Position numbers and translations under genes: made by a program
Shown here: piece by piece, positions 1 through 9,449 of the stretch
Position numbering within the stretch: the first letter of the stretch is position 1
Layout of the letters: each line of letters starts with the position of its first letter
The notes under the pieces: model-generated
What the model was told of the DNA's origin: nothing
The model's input: only the letters and a program-made list of their open reading frames with translations
Databases searched by the model: none
From: Leptospiraceae bacterium
GTDB lineage: Bacteria > Spirochaetota > Leptospiria > Leptospirales > Leptospiraceae
Direction of reading: 5' to 3'
DNA length: 64,000 nucleotides
Assembly (NCBI GenBank): GCA_027485405.1
Contig: JAIXRB010000082.1
Coordinates: 13,657-77,656, forward strand

Positions 1-16
1 CGTTGAAAGGCCAAAC

Positions 17-313
17 GTGTATCTCAAGAACCAACCAGCAGAAAAGAGTCAGCGTCAGGGCATCTTACTTCAAATCATTCCTGCGAACTGGGTTAAGTTC
101 TCTTTGTTTCTTTTTTTGATTTTGCTCATTACCCCCATTTCAACTGCACTACTTTATGGGCGAAATCCTGAACGCGAAGAACTCTATTCTATTTTACTAG
201 GGTCTTGTTTTTTCTTAAGTCTCTACACATCCTTGTTAGGTTTCTTTTACGTTACATTTAAGATCCCTTACCTGCAAGAAATCAAGAATCGATTGGGTTA
301 TAAAGAGGACTAG
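17..313 (+). CDS. hypothetical small membrane protein; the frame stays open to the left window edge, so the 5' end may be truncated
   Basis: 98-aa ORF starting at GTG. Hydrophobic segments FSLFLFLILLITPIS and ILLGSCFFLSLYTSLLGFFYV. No recognisable catalytic motif. Confidence 0.4.
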   Translation: MYLKNQPAEKSQRQGILLQIIPANWVKFSLFLFLILLITPISTALLYGRNPEREELYSILLGSCFFLSLYTSLLGFFYVTFKIPYLQEIKNRLGYKED

Positions 314-705
314 TGAAACCTCTCTTTTTCTTTTTTACCATTCTGCTTTTTTCAACATCCCTTTTGCCCGAACCCAAACAGGCACTTCAGGTAGAAGAGT
401 TGTTTCTAGGAAACCAAGAAGCCGTGCTTTCCAAAATAGAAAAGTTGTCCAAGGAAGACTCGCAAGAACTGGTCACTAAGGTTAGAAAACAAGCACGAAC
501 AGACTACCCTCAGATCGATCGGTTTTATTTTCTAATCTCACATTTAGAAGAGATCAATGCGATCGAGAAAGAACAGGCAAGACTAAAGAGTGTGCTATGG
601 GTCTTCGGACTGGGTTTTCTTCTTTTTTCAGGTTTCGTTGTTCTACTTATCTTGCGGATCAATCGACTTTCTCTCGAAGTAAAACAGCTCATTTCCGAAG
701 ATTGA
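313..705 (+). CDS. hypothetical protein with an N-terminal signal/anchor and a C-terminal TM helix
   Basis: 130-aa ORF whose GTG start overlaps the previous stop by 1 nt. N-terminal hydrophobic stretch LFFFFTILLFSTSLL and C-terminal TM VLWVFGLGFLLFSGFVVLLIL. Confidence 0.45.
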   Translation: MKPLFFFFTILLFSTSLLPEPKQALQVEELFLGNQEAVLSKIEKLSKEDSQELVTKVRKQARTDYPQIDRFYFLISHLEEINAIEKEQARLKSVLWVFGLGFLLFSGFVVLLILRINRLSLEVKQLISED

Positions 706-773
706 TTTTTTGTCAAAGTCGTCATTGGATTGTATTTCAATTGTAACCAAATTACGAGAAACTTGTCATTAAA

Positions 774-1451
774 ATGAAAATCCTGGTAGTTGATGACGAA
801 GAGGATATAGCCAGCCTGATTCAATTTCATTTGGAAGAAGAAGGCTTTCAAGTGGAAGTGTGTCATAACGGGATGGAAGTTCTACCTCGCCTGGAAAAAA
901 ACCTCCCGCAAGGAATCATACTAGATCTGATGCTCCCTGGAATTGGAGGAATGGATCTCTGCAAAAAAATCAAAGAGAAATACCCCCAGGTTCCCATTTT
1001 GATGGTAACTGCAAAAACAGGAGAAACCGATGTGGTTTTAGGCTTAGAACTAGGTGCTGATGACTACATTCGAAAACCTTTCAACGTACGTGAATTAGTG
1101 GCACGTGTACGAACTGTCACTCGCCGCTTCCAAGAACCTACTTCCGATGAAAACCTTGGAAACATAACCTCTGGAAAAATTCAGATCAACCAAACAGCAC
1201 ACAAAGTATATGTAAATGACAAAGAAATTGAACTTACTTTGATTGAATTCAAGCTTCTACAGATTTTTGTTTCAAACACAGGCGTGGCTTTTTCGAGGGA
1301 CAAACTTTTAGATCGAATTTGGGGCAAAGATGTTTTTGTAACTGATCGAACAGTGGACGTAAACATCAAAAGACTGAGAGATAAATTAGAAACTGAAAAA
1401 GAAAGACTGGAAACGATAAGAGGTGTTGGCTATCGTTTTCGGGATGCGTAG
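774..1451 (+). CDS. OmpR/PhoB-family response regulator (receiver plus winged-helix DNA-binding domain)
   Basis: Receiver motifs VVDDEED, ILDLMLPG (phospho-acceptor Asp) and YIRKPF. C-terminal LTLIEFKLL...VDVNIKRLRDKL...IRGVGYRF is a typical trans_reg_C domain. Confidence 0.9.
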   Translation: MKILVVDDEEDIASLIQFHLEEEGFQVEVCHNGMEVLPRLEKNLPQGIILDLMLPGIGGMDLCKKIKEKYPQVPILMVTAKTGETDVVLGLELGADDYIRKPFNVRELVARVRTVTRRFQEPTSDENLGNITSGKIQINQTAHKVYVNDKEIELTLIEFKLLQIFVSNTGVAFSRDKLLDRIWGKDVFVTDRTVDVNIKRLRDKLETEKERLETIRGVGYRFRDA

Positions 1452-2814
1452 TTTTTTTTCTACTCTTCTCCTTTTAAACTGGGGGCTTCTCCTTTTTCTT
1501 TTGCTCTTAGCTGTCGGAATCGCCTTCCTTCTCGAATTCATAAACCCAGTTTTCCACTATATCATCCAATTTGCCTTTGTTTTAATCGCTATCTACGGTA
1601 CTTTTGAGGTATCAACACATATTGCCCGCAAGGTGATTGATCCTCTTTCTCTTTTAGAAAAAAAATCAAAGGAAATCAATGCAGGTGATTTTGGTTCAGA
1701 ACTCTCTTATCCTGACATCCAAGAATTGGCAAACCTAACTATCTCAATTAACGAAATGGCATCTCGCCTTAAAAATCAATTCTTGGATTTGACCGTTGAA
1801 AAAGAAAAATTCGATTCTTTGCTTCAGAATTTAAAAGAAGGGGTTTTCGCCATTGACCAATCCAGAAAATTCCTTTTCTTAAATCGTAACATTCCCTTCA
1901 CATTGATTCGAAAGGACAGTCAGTTTAGAAATTTCTATGAATCTGTTACGAACACAAAACTCAGAGATTTTTTAAAAGAAAAACTTGATTCAAATTCCGA
2001 AGGCAAAATTGAATTTGAAGAAGGGGTGCATTTCTATTCGGTTCGATTTTACCCAGTTAAGACAAACGAGATTGTTTATTTATTCGTAGGTGTTATCTCG
2101 GAAGTCACTGAAGACCGACAATATCAGCTAATCCGAGAACAATTCTTCCAAAACGCCTCTCATGAATTAAAAACTCCCATCACTTCCATCAAAGGTTATA
2201 CGGAAACATTAGACTATAAGCTCAGGGTTTCTTCTAATTCCCCAGAGAGAAAATTCCTAGATGCAATCCTTAGAAATACGGATCGAATGATTAGAATTGT
2301 GGATGATATGCTCACAGTCACCAAATTAGAACATCATGAGACCATTATCCAAAAAGAATTTTTTAGAATTCGCGAATTGGTCAAAAGTATTGCTGAATCA
2401 GTCGATGTTCTCTTGTCACAAAAGAATCAAAGTCTATTTATCGACATTCCAGAAACTCTTGAGATGGAAGCCGATATGGTTCTTATGGAACATGTCCTTG
2501 TGAATCTGATTTCAAACGCCAGTGCCTATTCTCCCGAAAAATCACAAATCACTGTTAGAAGTCCAGAACTATCCAACTTAAACCGTATTCAGGTTCTTGA
2601 CCAAGGGGTCGGAGTTTCACCCGAAGACCAGGAACGAATCTTTGAGCGTTTCTTTCGAGTGGACTCGGACCGATCTCGTAAAGTCGGGGGAACTGGGCTG
2701 GGTCTTTCGATTGTAAAGCATATTGCACTCTTACACAAAGGCGAAGTGAATGTTCGACCCAACCCAGGAGGAGGTTCAATTTTTACATTTGAGTTTCCCA
2801 AAAATCTGTCTTAG
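1444..2814 (+). CDS. sensor histidine kinase (2 TM, HAMP, HisKA, HATPase_c); cognate partner of the upstream regulator
   Basis: H-box ASHELKTPITSIKGY, N-box LISNASAYS, G-boxes DQGVGVSPED and GGTGLGLSIVKH. I prefer the ATG at 1444, which overlaps the regulator stop (ATGCGTAG), over the in-frame alternative start at 1423. Confidence 0.9.
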   Translation: MRSFFSTLLLLNWGLLLFLLLLAVGIAFLLEFINPVFHYIIQFAFVLIAIYGTFEVSTHIARKVIDPLSLLEKKSKEINAGDFGSELSYPDIQELANLTISINEMASRLKNQFLDLTVEKEKFDSLLQNLKEGVFAIDQSRKFLFLNRNIPFTLIRKDSQFRNFYESVTNTKLRDFLKEKLDSNSEGKIEFEEGVHFYSVRFYPVKTNEIVYLFVGVISEVTEDRQYQLIREQFFQNASHELKTPITSIKGYTETLDYKLRVSSNSPERKFLDAILRNTDRMIRIVDDMLTVTKLEHHETIIQKEFFRIRELVKSIAESVDVLLSQKNQSLFIDIPETLEMEADMVLMEHVLVNLISNASAYSPEKSQITVRSPELSNLNRIQVLDQGVGVSPEDQERIFERFFRVDSDRSRKVGGTGLGLSIVKHIALLHKGEVNVRPNPGGGSIFTFEFPKNLS

Positions 2815-2833
2815 CCAAGACTAGGGCAAAGGT

Positions 2834-3988
2834 ATGATTTTTCCAAAAGGCATATTCTCATTCGGCAGAAACATAGGCATCAAAGACAATACTCTGGATT
2901 TTGCTGTGATTTACTGCGATTCTCCTTTTCGGGCGGCGGCAGTTTTTACACTGAACAACTTCCCCGGTGCACCTATCGTTGTTGGTCGCGACCATGTTCA
3001 ATCGGGCGAACTGCAAGCAATTGTTATCAATTCAAAAAACTCCAATGTAGCCACTGGCAATCCAGGAATCGAGGACGCAAAAACTATGTGTCGATCGGTG
3101 GCTAAGTCTTTAGGAATTTCCGAAAGACTGGTCTTGCCTTCTTCTACCGGAGTTATTGGTGTCCCTCTACCCATGGACAAAATCATTCCTGCTTGCTTAT
3201 CAGCAAAAGAACATCTGCTACCTGGCAATTTAGATCAGGTTGCCGATGCCATAATGACGACGGACAAACGTCGAAAAATTTCAGTCCAAGAAATTTCCAC
3301 CGAATCAGACAAAGGTGTTATATTTGGAATTGCCAAAGGTGCAGGAATGATTGAGCCAAATATGGCAACTATGTTATCATATATTATCTCAGATTTTCTA
3401 CCGGAAACAGGAGATTTAAAAACCATTTTAAAGGAAATTGTAGATTTGACTTATAATTGTTTAACGATTGATTCTGACACATCAACGAGCGATACGGTTG
3501 TCTTGCTTTGTTCTGGCAAAAGCGGTACAATTCCTGAAACTCTATTTAGAGAAAAACTTTTTGAAGTAGCCAAAGACTTAACAAAACAAATCGCCCGTGA
3601 CGGTGAAGGTGCAACAAAACTAATTGAATTAAATATAACAGGCGCTAAATCAGATAACCAGGCAAGAAAAATTGGAAAATCAGTTTTAAATTCTCCTCTT
3701 GTCAAAACTGCAATTTACGGTGCCGATCCCAATTGGGGGCGATTTGTGATGGCTATCGGAAAGGTTTTCGACGAACCGATTCCCTTTGATGCTCTGGAGA
3801 TCTTTGTAGGAGATATTTCTGTCAAAGGAGCAGACAGCCAAAAGAAGGCTCTTATGTCTGAATACCTAAAACAAAATTCAGAAGTTCATCTACGAATTGA
3901 ACTCGGGGTAGGCAAAATGAATAAAACCCTTTGGTCATGTGATTTTACTGAAGGCTATATCCAAGAGAATGCTTATTACACTACATGA
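2834..3988 (+). CDS. argJ: bifunctional ornithine acetyltransferase / N-acetylglutamate synthase
   Basis: 384 aa. Contains the self-cleavage region GAGMIEPNMATMLSYI (A|TML). Family-typical PNWGR and a C-terminal ...ENAYYTT end. Confidence 0.9.
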   Translation: MIFPKGIFSFGRNIGIKDNTLDFAVIYCDSPFRAAAVFTLNNFPGAPIVVGRDHVQSGELQAIVINSKNSNVATGNPGIEDAKTMCRSVAKSLGISERLVLPSSTGVIGVPLPMDKIIPACLSAKEHLLPGNLDQVADAIMTTDKRRKISVQEISTESDKGVIFGIAKGAGMIEPNMATMLSYIISDFLPETGDLKTILKEIVDLTYNCLTIDSDTSTSDTVVLLCSGKSGTIPETLFREKLFEVAKDLTKQIARDGEGATKLIELNITGAKSDNQARKIGKSVLNSPLVKTAIYGADPNWGRFVMAIGKVFDEPIPFDALEIFVGDISVKGADSQKKALMSEYLKQNSEVHLRIELGVGKMNKTLWSCDFTEGYIQENAYYTT

Positions 3989-5241
3989 ATTTAAGTTCTT
4001 TCTTACCTTCTGGCTATCAATTAAAAATAACTTTTGCTACGCTTGCGATTCGTTCTGGATTAGTCTTTTTGATTTTCTTTAGCTACTATGTCTTGCTCAA
4101 TGCCATCCCTTCCAATCTTGCCTTCCACTATCAGCTTGTAACGGTACTGGTTGGTACAATGGCGATTTTAATCTTTCTTCCTTTAACGGAGAAATATGGA
4201 AGAAGACTTAAAAACCGGTTTTTATCGGAGTATTTGACTGAAGATGAAGAATCACTCAGACAGGCAATTAAGCAATTCAACTACGATACCCTGATCAGAA
4301 ACGTTTTTCCAGATATGGTAAAAATCACGGCAAGCCATTCTGGAACTTTGGCAGTACTCAATCCCTCGGGAAGTTTTGAATTCTTTACATACTTTCGAGG
4401 ACGACAAAAAAAGATAGCACCAAACCGACAAATTACGGTCAAAATTAAATTTCAAGAGTTTTTGAAATCTAAAAAAAATGGTGTAAGTTTATCCGAAATA
4501 GGTTCTAACACAGAAATAAATGAAGATTTCATTGAGCTTCATGCTAACTTTATTTATCCTTTGCTTTTTCGAGAAAAACTGTTTGGATTCTTAGCCGTTT
4601 CTAACATACCAAATTCCGAAGCTTTGCAATCTATAGCGCTGTTGGCTGGACAAGCCGCTTTGACCATTCACAATGCTTTGCTTTCTACTCATATTGCAGA
4701 CAATAAAAAGTATAAAAAAGAAGCTGAATACGCAGATCGAATCCAATTCTTACTTGAAACGGGAAACATCCCTGCCATTCCAAATTGGGAACTCCAAGTT
4801 CTGCCTAGAAATCACGGAAACTTAGTCGAGTTCTTTCAATCGGGGGATGATAGATGGTTTTTTTTGGTGTTAAACGCTGGAAAGAAAACACAGCATGTGG
4901 GCATAGTTTTATCATACCTAATTGGAATTATCTTTAGCCAAAAAAGATTAAAACTAATTAAGTCTTTTCCGGAAATTAGGCAAATGATCCAACAAACCTT
5001 TCTAAAATTGGAATGGAAAGAACGATATGAGTATTTGATTGGAAAACTAGACAATGCAGAACTACAACTCCTTCAGGAAGGTGTGCAATTTCAAGTTAAC
5101 AGAGAAACAGATCCTAAAGAAGTTGTGGTCAGCGTAGGCTGGAAGAACAAAGTTTCCTTCACCAAGGGTGCTATCATTATCAAGTACGGTGGTCAATCCA
5201 TACTTCGAATCAATTACACAGCCAAAGAGAATAAACCTTGA
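3985..5241 (+). CDS. membrane protein with a GAF-like region and a degenerate SpoIIE/PP2C-like C-terminal region (putative pseudophosphatase)
   Basis: ATGA overlap with the argJ stop. Two N-terminal TM helices. GAF-like end FGFLAVSN...LLAGQAALTIHNALL. A SpoIIE-like stretch follows, but GNLVEFF and LVLNAGKKTQH replace the Asp-containing metal motifs. Confidence 0.6.
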   Translation: MNLSSFLPSGYQLKITFATLAIRSGLVFLIFFSYYVLLNAIPSNLAFHYQLVTVLVGTMAILIFLPLTEKYGRRLKNRFLSEYLTEDEESLRQAIKQFNYDTLIRNVFPDMVKITASHSGTLAVLNPSGSFEFFTYFRGRQKKIAPNRQITVKIKFQEFLKSKKNGVSLSEIGSNTEINEDFIELHANFIYPLLFREKLFGFLAVSNIPNSEALQSIALLAGQAALTIHNALLSTHIADNKKYKKEAEYADRIQFLLETGNIPAIPNWELQVLPRNHGNLVEFFQSGDDRWFFLVLNAGKKTQHVGIVLSYLIGIIFSQKRLKLIKSFPEIRQMIQQTFLKLEWKERYEYLIGKLDNAELQLLQEGVQFQVNRETDPKEVVVSVGWKNKVSFTKGAIIIKYGGQSILRINYTAKENKP

Positions 5242-7607
5242 GAGAAGTTTTCGTTACAATTTTCTCTTCCATCCTGTTCTTTATACTTTTTTCATTTGCT
5301 TTCTTTATGGTAGATGCAAATCGATTAAGGCTACCTTTTTTCTATTATCCTTCAGGCCTTATCACTAACATTGGAATCCAAAGTCAAGACGTTTGGGGTG
5401 AAAAAGCAAATCCAACGGATCTTTCTAACTTTGAAAAATTAGATAGAATCGAGGCCACTGAAAAATACTCAATTCGCATTTTAGATAAGTTCGGAAATTA
5501 CAAAGAGCGGCTTTTCACTCCTATTCAATATAAAAAGTGGGAAACGCTTTATTATTTTTCGTACGATTTGTTTCTTTCTTTCTTATACTTAATAACAGCG
5601 GTTTACTTATTTTTTGCGACTAGAGATACCTTAATTCTATTCTTTTTTCTCAATTTGAGTCTTCTGGTTTTTGCCAATACATTTCTTTTGGCTTTCAATT
5701 CCATGATTTCCCTTTATTATTTCTCCATTTATGCCGCCGCTTTTCAATTCTATCACTTAATCTATAGATTGCGAGGAAATGAGATTCAGTCAAAGTGGCT
5801 TCTTCCGCAATTCTTAATTGCCGTTGTTGTTGGGATCGTCGCGAACCAAAAAGGTCAGGATTTGTATTTGCTTGAAAGACTAGCCGCTTTTGGTTATGTT
5901 CTAACTATCCTGTTTGGGATGATCAGCGTCTTTTTAAATCTTTGGGACGTTATTTCGAGCAAGACAACAGGAGAAGCTCTACTTAAGAAAAGTAGCTTGA
6001 TTCTATCAATTATAATTTACTTATCTCTTCCCATTTGCATTGTATTGTTCAATGGAAATCCAATTTTTGGAATGCCTCGGTACGTTTTCTTCTATGTAAA
6101 CATAGCATTTCTTTTTTGTTTTTTTTATGGAACTTACAGATATTCGCTGGCAACTTCTTTTATAATTTTTACCCCCACTTTAGTAAACTTTTTCTTAGTA
6201 TCTTTTTGGTCGCTTTTTTACGTTGCGTTGAACATTCTTTCGGATTTTCTCCTACCTGAAAGCTATATAAGTGAAGCATGGTTTTCAAACATCTTATTTC
6301 TTTTCCTTTTTGCCATTTACTTAATCCCATCAAAATTGCAAATTAAACAGTGGATAGACTATTGGTTTTTTGAAAAAAATGTGCATTTGCGAGATGCCAT
6401 AGAATCAATCACTGCTTTGCTTTCAGCTCCAATATCAATGCGAAAAACCATTTTAGCCATGAATCGCATCATCTCTCAAACTTTGAATATAGAGAATGTT
6501 ACTTTTCTGATACCAGGCGAACAGTTTCCTACCAGTGACCTAAGGAATATTAATTTCATTAGAATTGATGCCAATTCTGAGATCTGGGGTTATTTTAAAA
6601 ATCAATTGAGAGTAACAGTTTCCTCTCATTTAGAGTATGGACTGGGCTTACGAGAGAGTCTTTACAAATTTCTAACAGATTTAGGTGTTCAACTGGCATT
6701 TCCATTAAAGAATTTCAACACCGATAAACCGGAAGTGAGAGCAATGATTCTTTTTGGAGAAAAGCGAAACAAAAGGTATTTTACAATTGGTGAATTAAAG
6801 TTTATCAATGAAACGACTAGAATCTGTTCAATGGTTCTTGAAAACTATATCTTATTAGAAGATGAGATCCAAAAAAGAAAAATCCTTCGAGATATCCAAA
6901 CAGCATCCATAGTAGACAACACATTGCGGATTATTCCACCAAGCGAGATCAAAGGAATCGAATATTCCTACATCGTGCGTCCTGCGGTTGGAATTTCTGG
7001 CGATTATTTAGACATCATACCTCAATCCTCAGATTCCGTTGTAATCATTTTAGGTGATGTAGCCGGGCACGGTTTGGGTACGGGCTTTCTCGTAAGTGCC
7101 ATCAAGGGATTGGTAAGAGAGAACTTAAAAGCGGGCTCAGGCTTAGAACAGATATTCAAAGAGATCAATGCCTTCTTCCAAGCTCGGTACAAAGGAAATG
7201 AGTTTATGACTTTACTAGGTGGGAATCTAGACGCCAAAGCAAAGACATTCAATTATGTAAATGCAGGTCATTTGTCACTTTTGGAATTAAAGCCTAGCGG
7301 TGAATTGGTTTCCCATTCAAAGACTCAACGGGTTCTTGGAATTTTAGATACCAATTACCAAATCCAAGAACTAGAACTTTCTTTCGGGACTCGGTTGTTC
7401 CTTTATTCAGATGGAATCACTGAAACTTTTGGAGTAAATGGGGAAGCTTTCGGGGAAGAAAGCTTGAATGACTTTATTTTAGAAACAAAAGACAAGCACT
7501 TGAAAGACATCCCTCTCATGCTCGAAGAAAGGTTAAACATCTTCCGAGGTTCCAATGAGCCGACCGATGACATTACTTTTATCGCTCTCTCTTTTGCCAT
7601 GGAGTAG
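5238..7607 (+). CDS. multi-pass membrane sensor with a C-terminal SpoIIE/PP2C serine phosphatase domain (7TM-receptor type)
   Basis: About 10 hydrophobic helices in the first ~370 aa. C-terminal motifs GISGDYLDI, LGDVAGHGLGTGFLVS, LYSDGITE and DDITFIAL. The TTG start overlaps the previous stop (TTGA); an alternative ATG lies at 5307. Confidence 0.8.
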   Translation: MREVFVTIFSSILFFILFSFAFFMVDANRLRLPFFYYPSGLITNIGIQSQDVWGEKANPTDLSNFEKLDRIEATEKYSIRILDKFGNYKERLFTPIQYKKWETLYYFSYDLFLSFLYLITAVYLFFATRDTLILFFFLNLSLLVFANTFLLAFNSMISLYYFSIYAAAFQFYHLIYRLRGNEIQSKWLLPQFLIAVVVGIVANQKGQDLYLLERLAAFGYVLTILFGMISVFLNLWDVISSKTTGEALLKKSSLILSIIIYLSLPICIVLFNGNPIFGMPRYVFFYVNIAFLFCFFYGTYRYSLATSFIIFTPTLVNFFLVSFWSLFYVALNILSDFLLPESYISEAWFSNILFLFLFAIYLIPSKLQIKQWIDYWFFEKNVHLRDAIESITALLSAPISMRKTILAMNRIISQTLNIENVTFLIPGEQFPTSDLRNINFIRIDANSEIWGYFKNQLRVTVSSHLEYGLGLRESLYKFLTDLGVQLAFPLKNFNTDKPEVRAMILFGEKRNKRYFTIGELKFINETTRICSMVLENYILLEDEIQKRKILRDIQTASIVDNTLRIIPPSEIKGIEYSYIVRPAVGISGDYLDIIPQSSDSVVIILGDVAGHGLGTGFLVSAIKGLVRENLKAGSGLEQIFKEINAFFQARYKGNEFMTLLGGNLDAKAKTFNYVNAGHLSLLELKPSGELVSHSKTQRVLGILDTNYQIQELELSFGTRLFLYSDGITETFGVNGEAFGEESLNDFILETKDKHLKDIPLMLEERLNIFRGSNEPTDDITFIALSFAME

Positions 7608-7624
7608 CCGATACTTTAAACGGC

Positions 7625-8461
7625 ATGTCCCTTCGAGCTTTAAATTTTGTTTTTTTCTTCTCTTTTTTGCTCAGTCTCATCGCCTTTTGGGATCACCAAA
7701 TTACAAACTATCTCAAAGAGTTTGTGGTGTTGATTCACGAAATCTGCCATGCGACAGCCGCTCTGTTCACAGGGGGGGTCGTCAAAGGCATTTCTCTCCA
7801 CGGCAACGAAGGAGGAGAAACAATAGCAACACCTTCTTCCTTTCGGGGCTCTTTCATTTTAGTCGTTTCGGCGGGTTATATAGGTTCCTCTTTGGTTGGA
7901 GGACTTCTTCTCCGTTTCGGATTTCAGAGACGACATACTAAGCAAACCATGATCCTCTTTGGTCTATTATTGATTTCTATAAGCGTTCTGTATTCACAGC
8001 TAGGTGATTTGGCATACTTCACTGGAATTTTATGGGGTGTGGGCATTTTACTCTTAGGAATGATAGGCGAACGAATATCAACGATTAGCTTAGTATTCCT
8101 TGGAACTAGTATTTCCCTATATTCTCTCTATGATCTTTCTGATTTTGCAGAACGAATTACAGAAACAGACGCAGGCATTTTGGCATTCTGGATGGCTGGG
8201 CTGACACCAGAAGACTTAGAAAGCTCCAATCCTCCTTTTTATGTCATTTTTCTTGGCTATCTGATCGCGAGTCTCTGGTCCATTCTAAGCATCTCCATCA
8301 TTCTATTCTTTCTCAAAGCTTCTCTGTTCCATCCTGAGGAATTGGATTTGCCTCTTGAAGAGGACTTGGACATAAGAGAAGAGGAATTCCCATTTGATCC
8401 GGAACTGGATGAGCCCTTGCCTCCCACTTCCCTGCCATCCCGAGAAAGAACTTTCTATTGA
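7625..8461 (+). CDS. M50B-like membrane metalloprotease family protein
   Basis: HExxH within the first TM region (LIHEICHATAALFTGGVVKGISLHGNEGGET), typical of Peptidase_M50B-like proteins. About 6 TM helices and an acidic, Pro-rich C-terminal tail. Confidence 0.75.
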   Translation: MSLRALNFVFFFSFLLSLIAFWDHQITNYLKEFVVLIHEICHATAALFTGGVVKGISLHGNEGGETIATPSSFRGSFILVVSAGYIGSSLVGGLLLRFGFQRRHTKQTMILFGLLLISISVLYSQLGDLAYFTGILWGVGILLLGMIGERISTISLVFLGTSISLYSLYDLSDFAERITETDAGILAFWMAGLTPEDLESSNPPFYVIFLGYLIASLWSILSISIILFFLKASLFHPEELDLPLEEDLDIREEEFPFDPELDEPLPPTSLPSRERTFY

Positions 8462-8510
8462 TCTAAAATTCATTTGCACTATTTCCTAAAGCGAAGAAAT
8501 TCGAAAGGAA

Positions 8511-9449
8511 ATGGCTAAACGAATTCTTATTACTGGCGGAGCTGGTTTCATTGGCTCCCATTTGTGTGACTCTTTACTTAAAACCGGAAACTCTGTTATT
8601 TGTTTGGATAACTTCCACACTGGTCGAAAGGAGAATCTGTTACCTTTTCTTTCTCATCCAAAATTTGAACTTATCCGCCATGACATCACTGACCCAATCA
8701 AGCTAGAAGTAGACCAGATTTACAATATGGCCTGTCCAGCAAGCCCGGTTCACTACCAAGAAAATCCTATCAAAACTATCAAAACAAATGTTTTAGGTAT
8801 GATGAATATGTTAGGTCTAGCCAAACGTGTTGGTGCTCGAATTTTGCAGGCTTCTACTTCAGAAGTTTATGGCAATCCACTGGAACATCCCCAAACAGAA
8901 TCATACTGGGGAAATGTAAACACCATTGGAATCCGAAGCTGTTATGATGAAGGTAAGCGCGTTGCCGAAACGCTCTGCTTTGATTACCATCGTGAACATA
9001 AAGTGGACATTCGAGTCATTCGAATCTTTAACACATATGGTCCACGCATGATTCCAGACGATGGCAGAGTGGTGAGTAACTTTATTGTCCAAGCAATCAA
9101 AGGAGAAGATATCACGATCTATGGGGATGGAAGTCAGACACGTTCCTTTTGTTATGTTGACGATTTAGTAAACGGTATCATCAAAATGATGGAAACTGAA
9201 AATTTCATTGGACCTGTAAACCTGGGAAACGAAGGCGAATTTACGGTTAAAGAGCTAGCTGAACTGGTTGTCAAAGAAGTCGGTTCCAAATCAAAGATTG
9301 TCTATAAGCCTTTACCACAAGATGATCCAACTCGAAGAAAACCAAATCTTGCTTTGGCAAAGGAAAAACTTGGCTATTCAACTACAGTTCCTTTGATTGA
9401 TGGCGTTCGCCGAACAATTGACTACTTTAAAAAGAGTTTAGCTCAATGA
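8511..9449 (+). CDS. UDP-glucuronate decarboxylase (UDP-xylose synthase), extended SDR family
   Basis: [10 protein letters not shown] Rossmann motif, [23 protein letters not shown], the YDEGKR catalytic YxxxK, and [10 protein letters not shown]. 312 aa, typical of UXS. Confidence 0.85.
   Translation: MAKRILITGGAGFIGSHLCDSLLKTGNSVICLDNFHTGRKENLLPFLSHPKFELIRHDITDPIKLEVDQIYNMACPASPVHYQENPIKTIKTNVLGMMNMLGLAKRVGARILQASTSEVYGNPLEHPQTESYWGNVNTIGIRSCYDEGKRVAETLCFDYHREHKVDIRVIRIFNTYGPRMIPDDGRVVSNFIVQAIKGEDITIYGDGSQTRSFCYVDDLVNGIIKMMETENFIGPVNLGNEGEFTVKELAELVVKEVGSKSKIVYKPLPQDDPTRRKPNLALAKEKLGYSTTVPLIDGVRRTIDYFKKSLAQ

Noticed and set aside
774-2814. Naming the two-component pair PhoB/PhoR.
   Set aside because: The OmpR-family regulator and the HAMP-HisKA kinase are generic. 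There are no adjacent pst genes, and the PhoU-like gene is 44 kb away and coupled to cheW, so a specific name is not supported.
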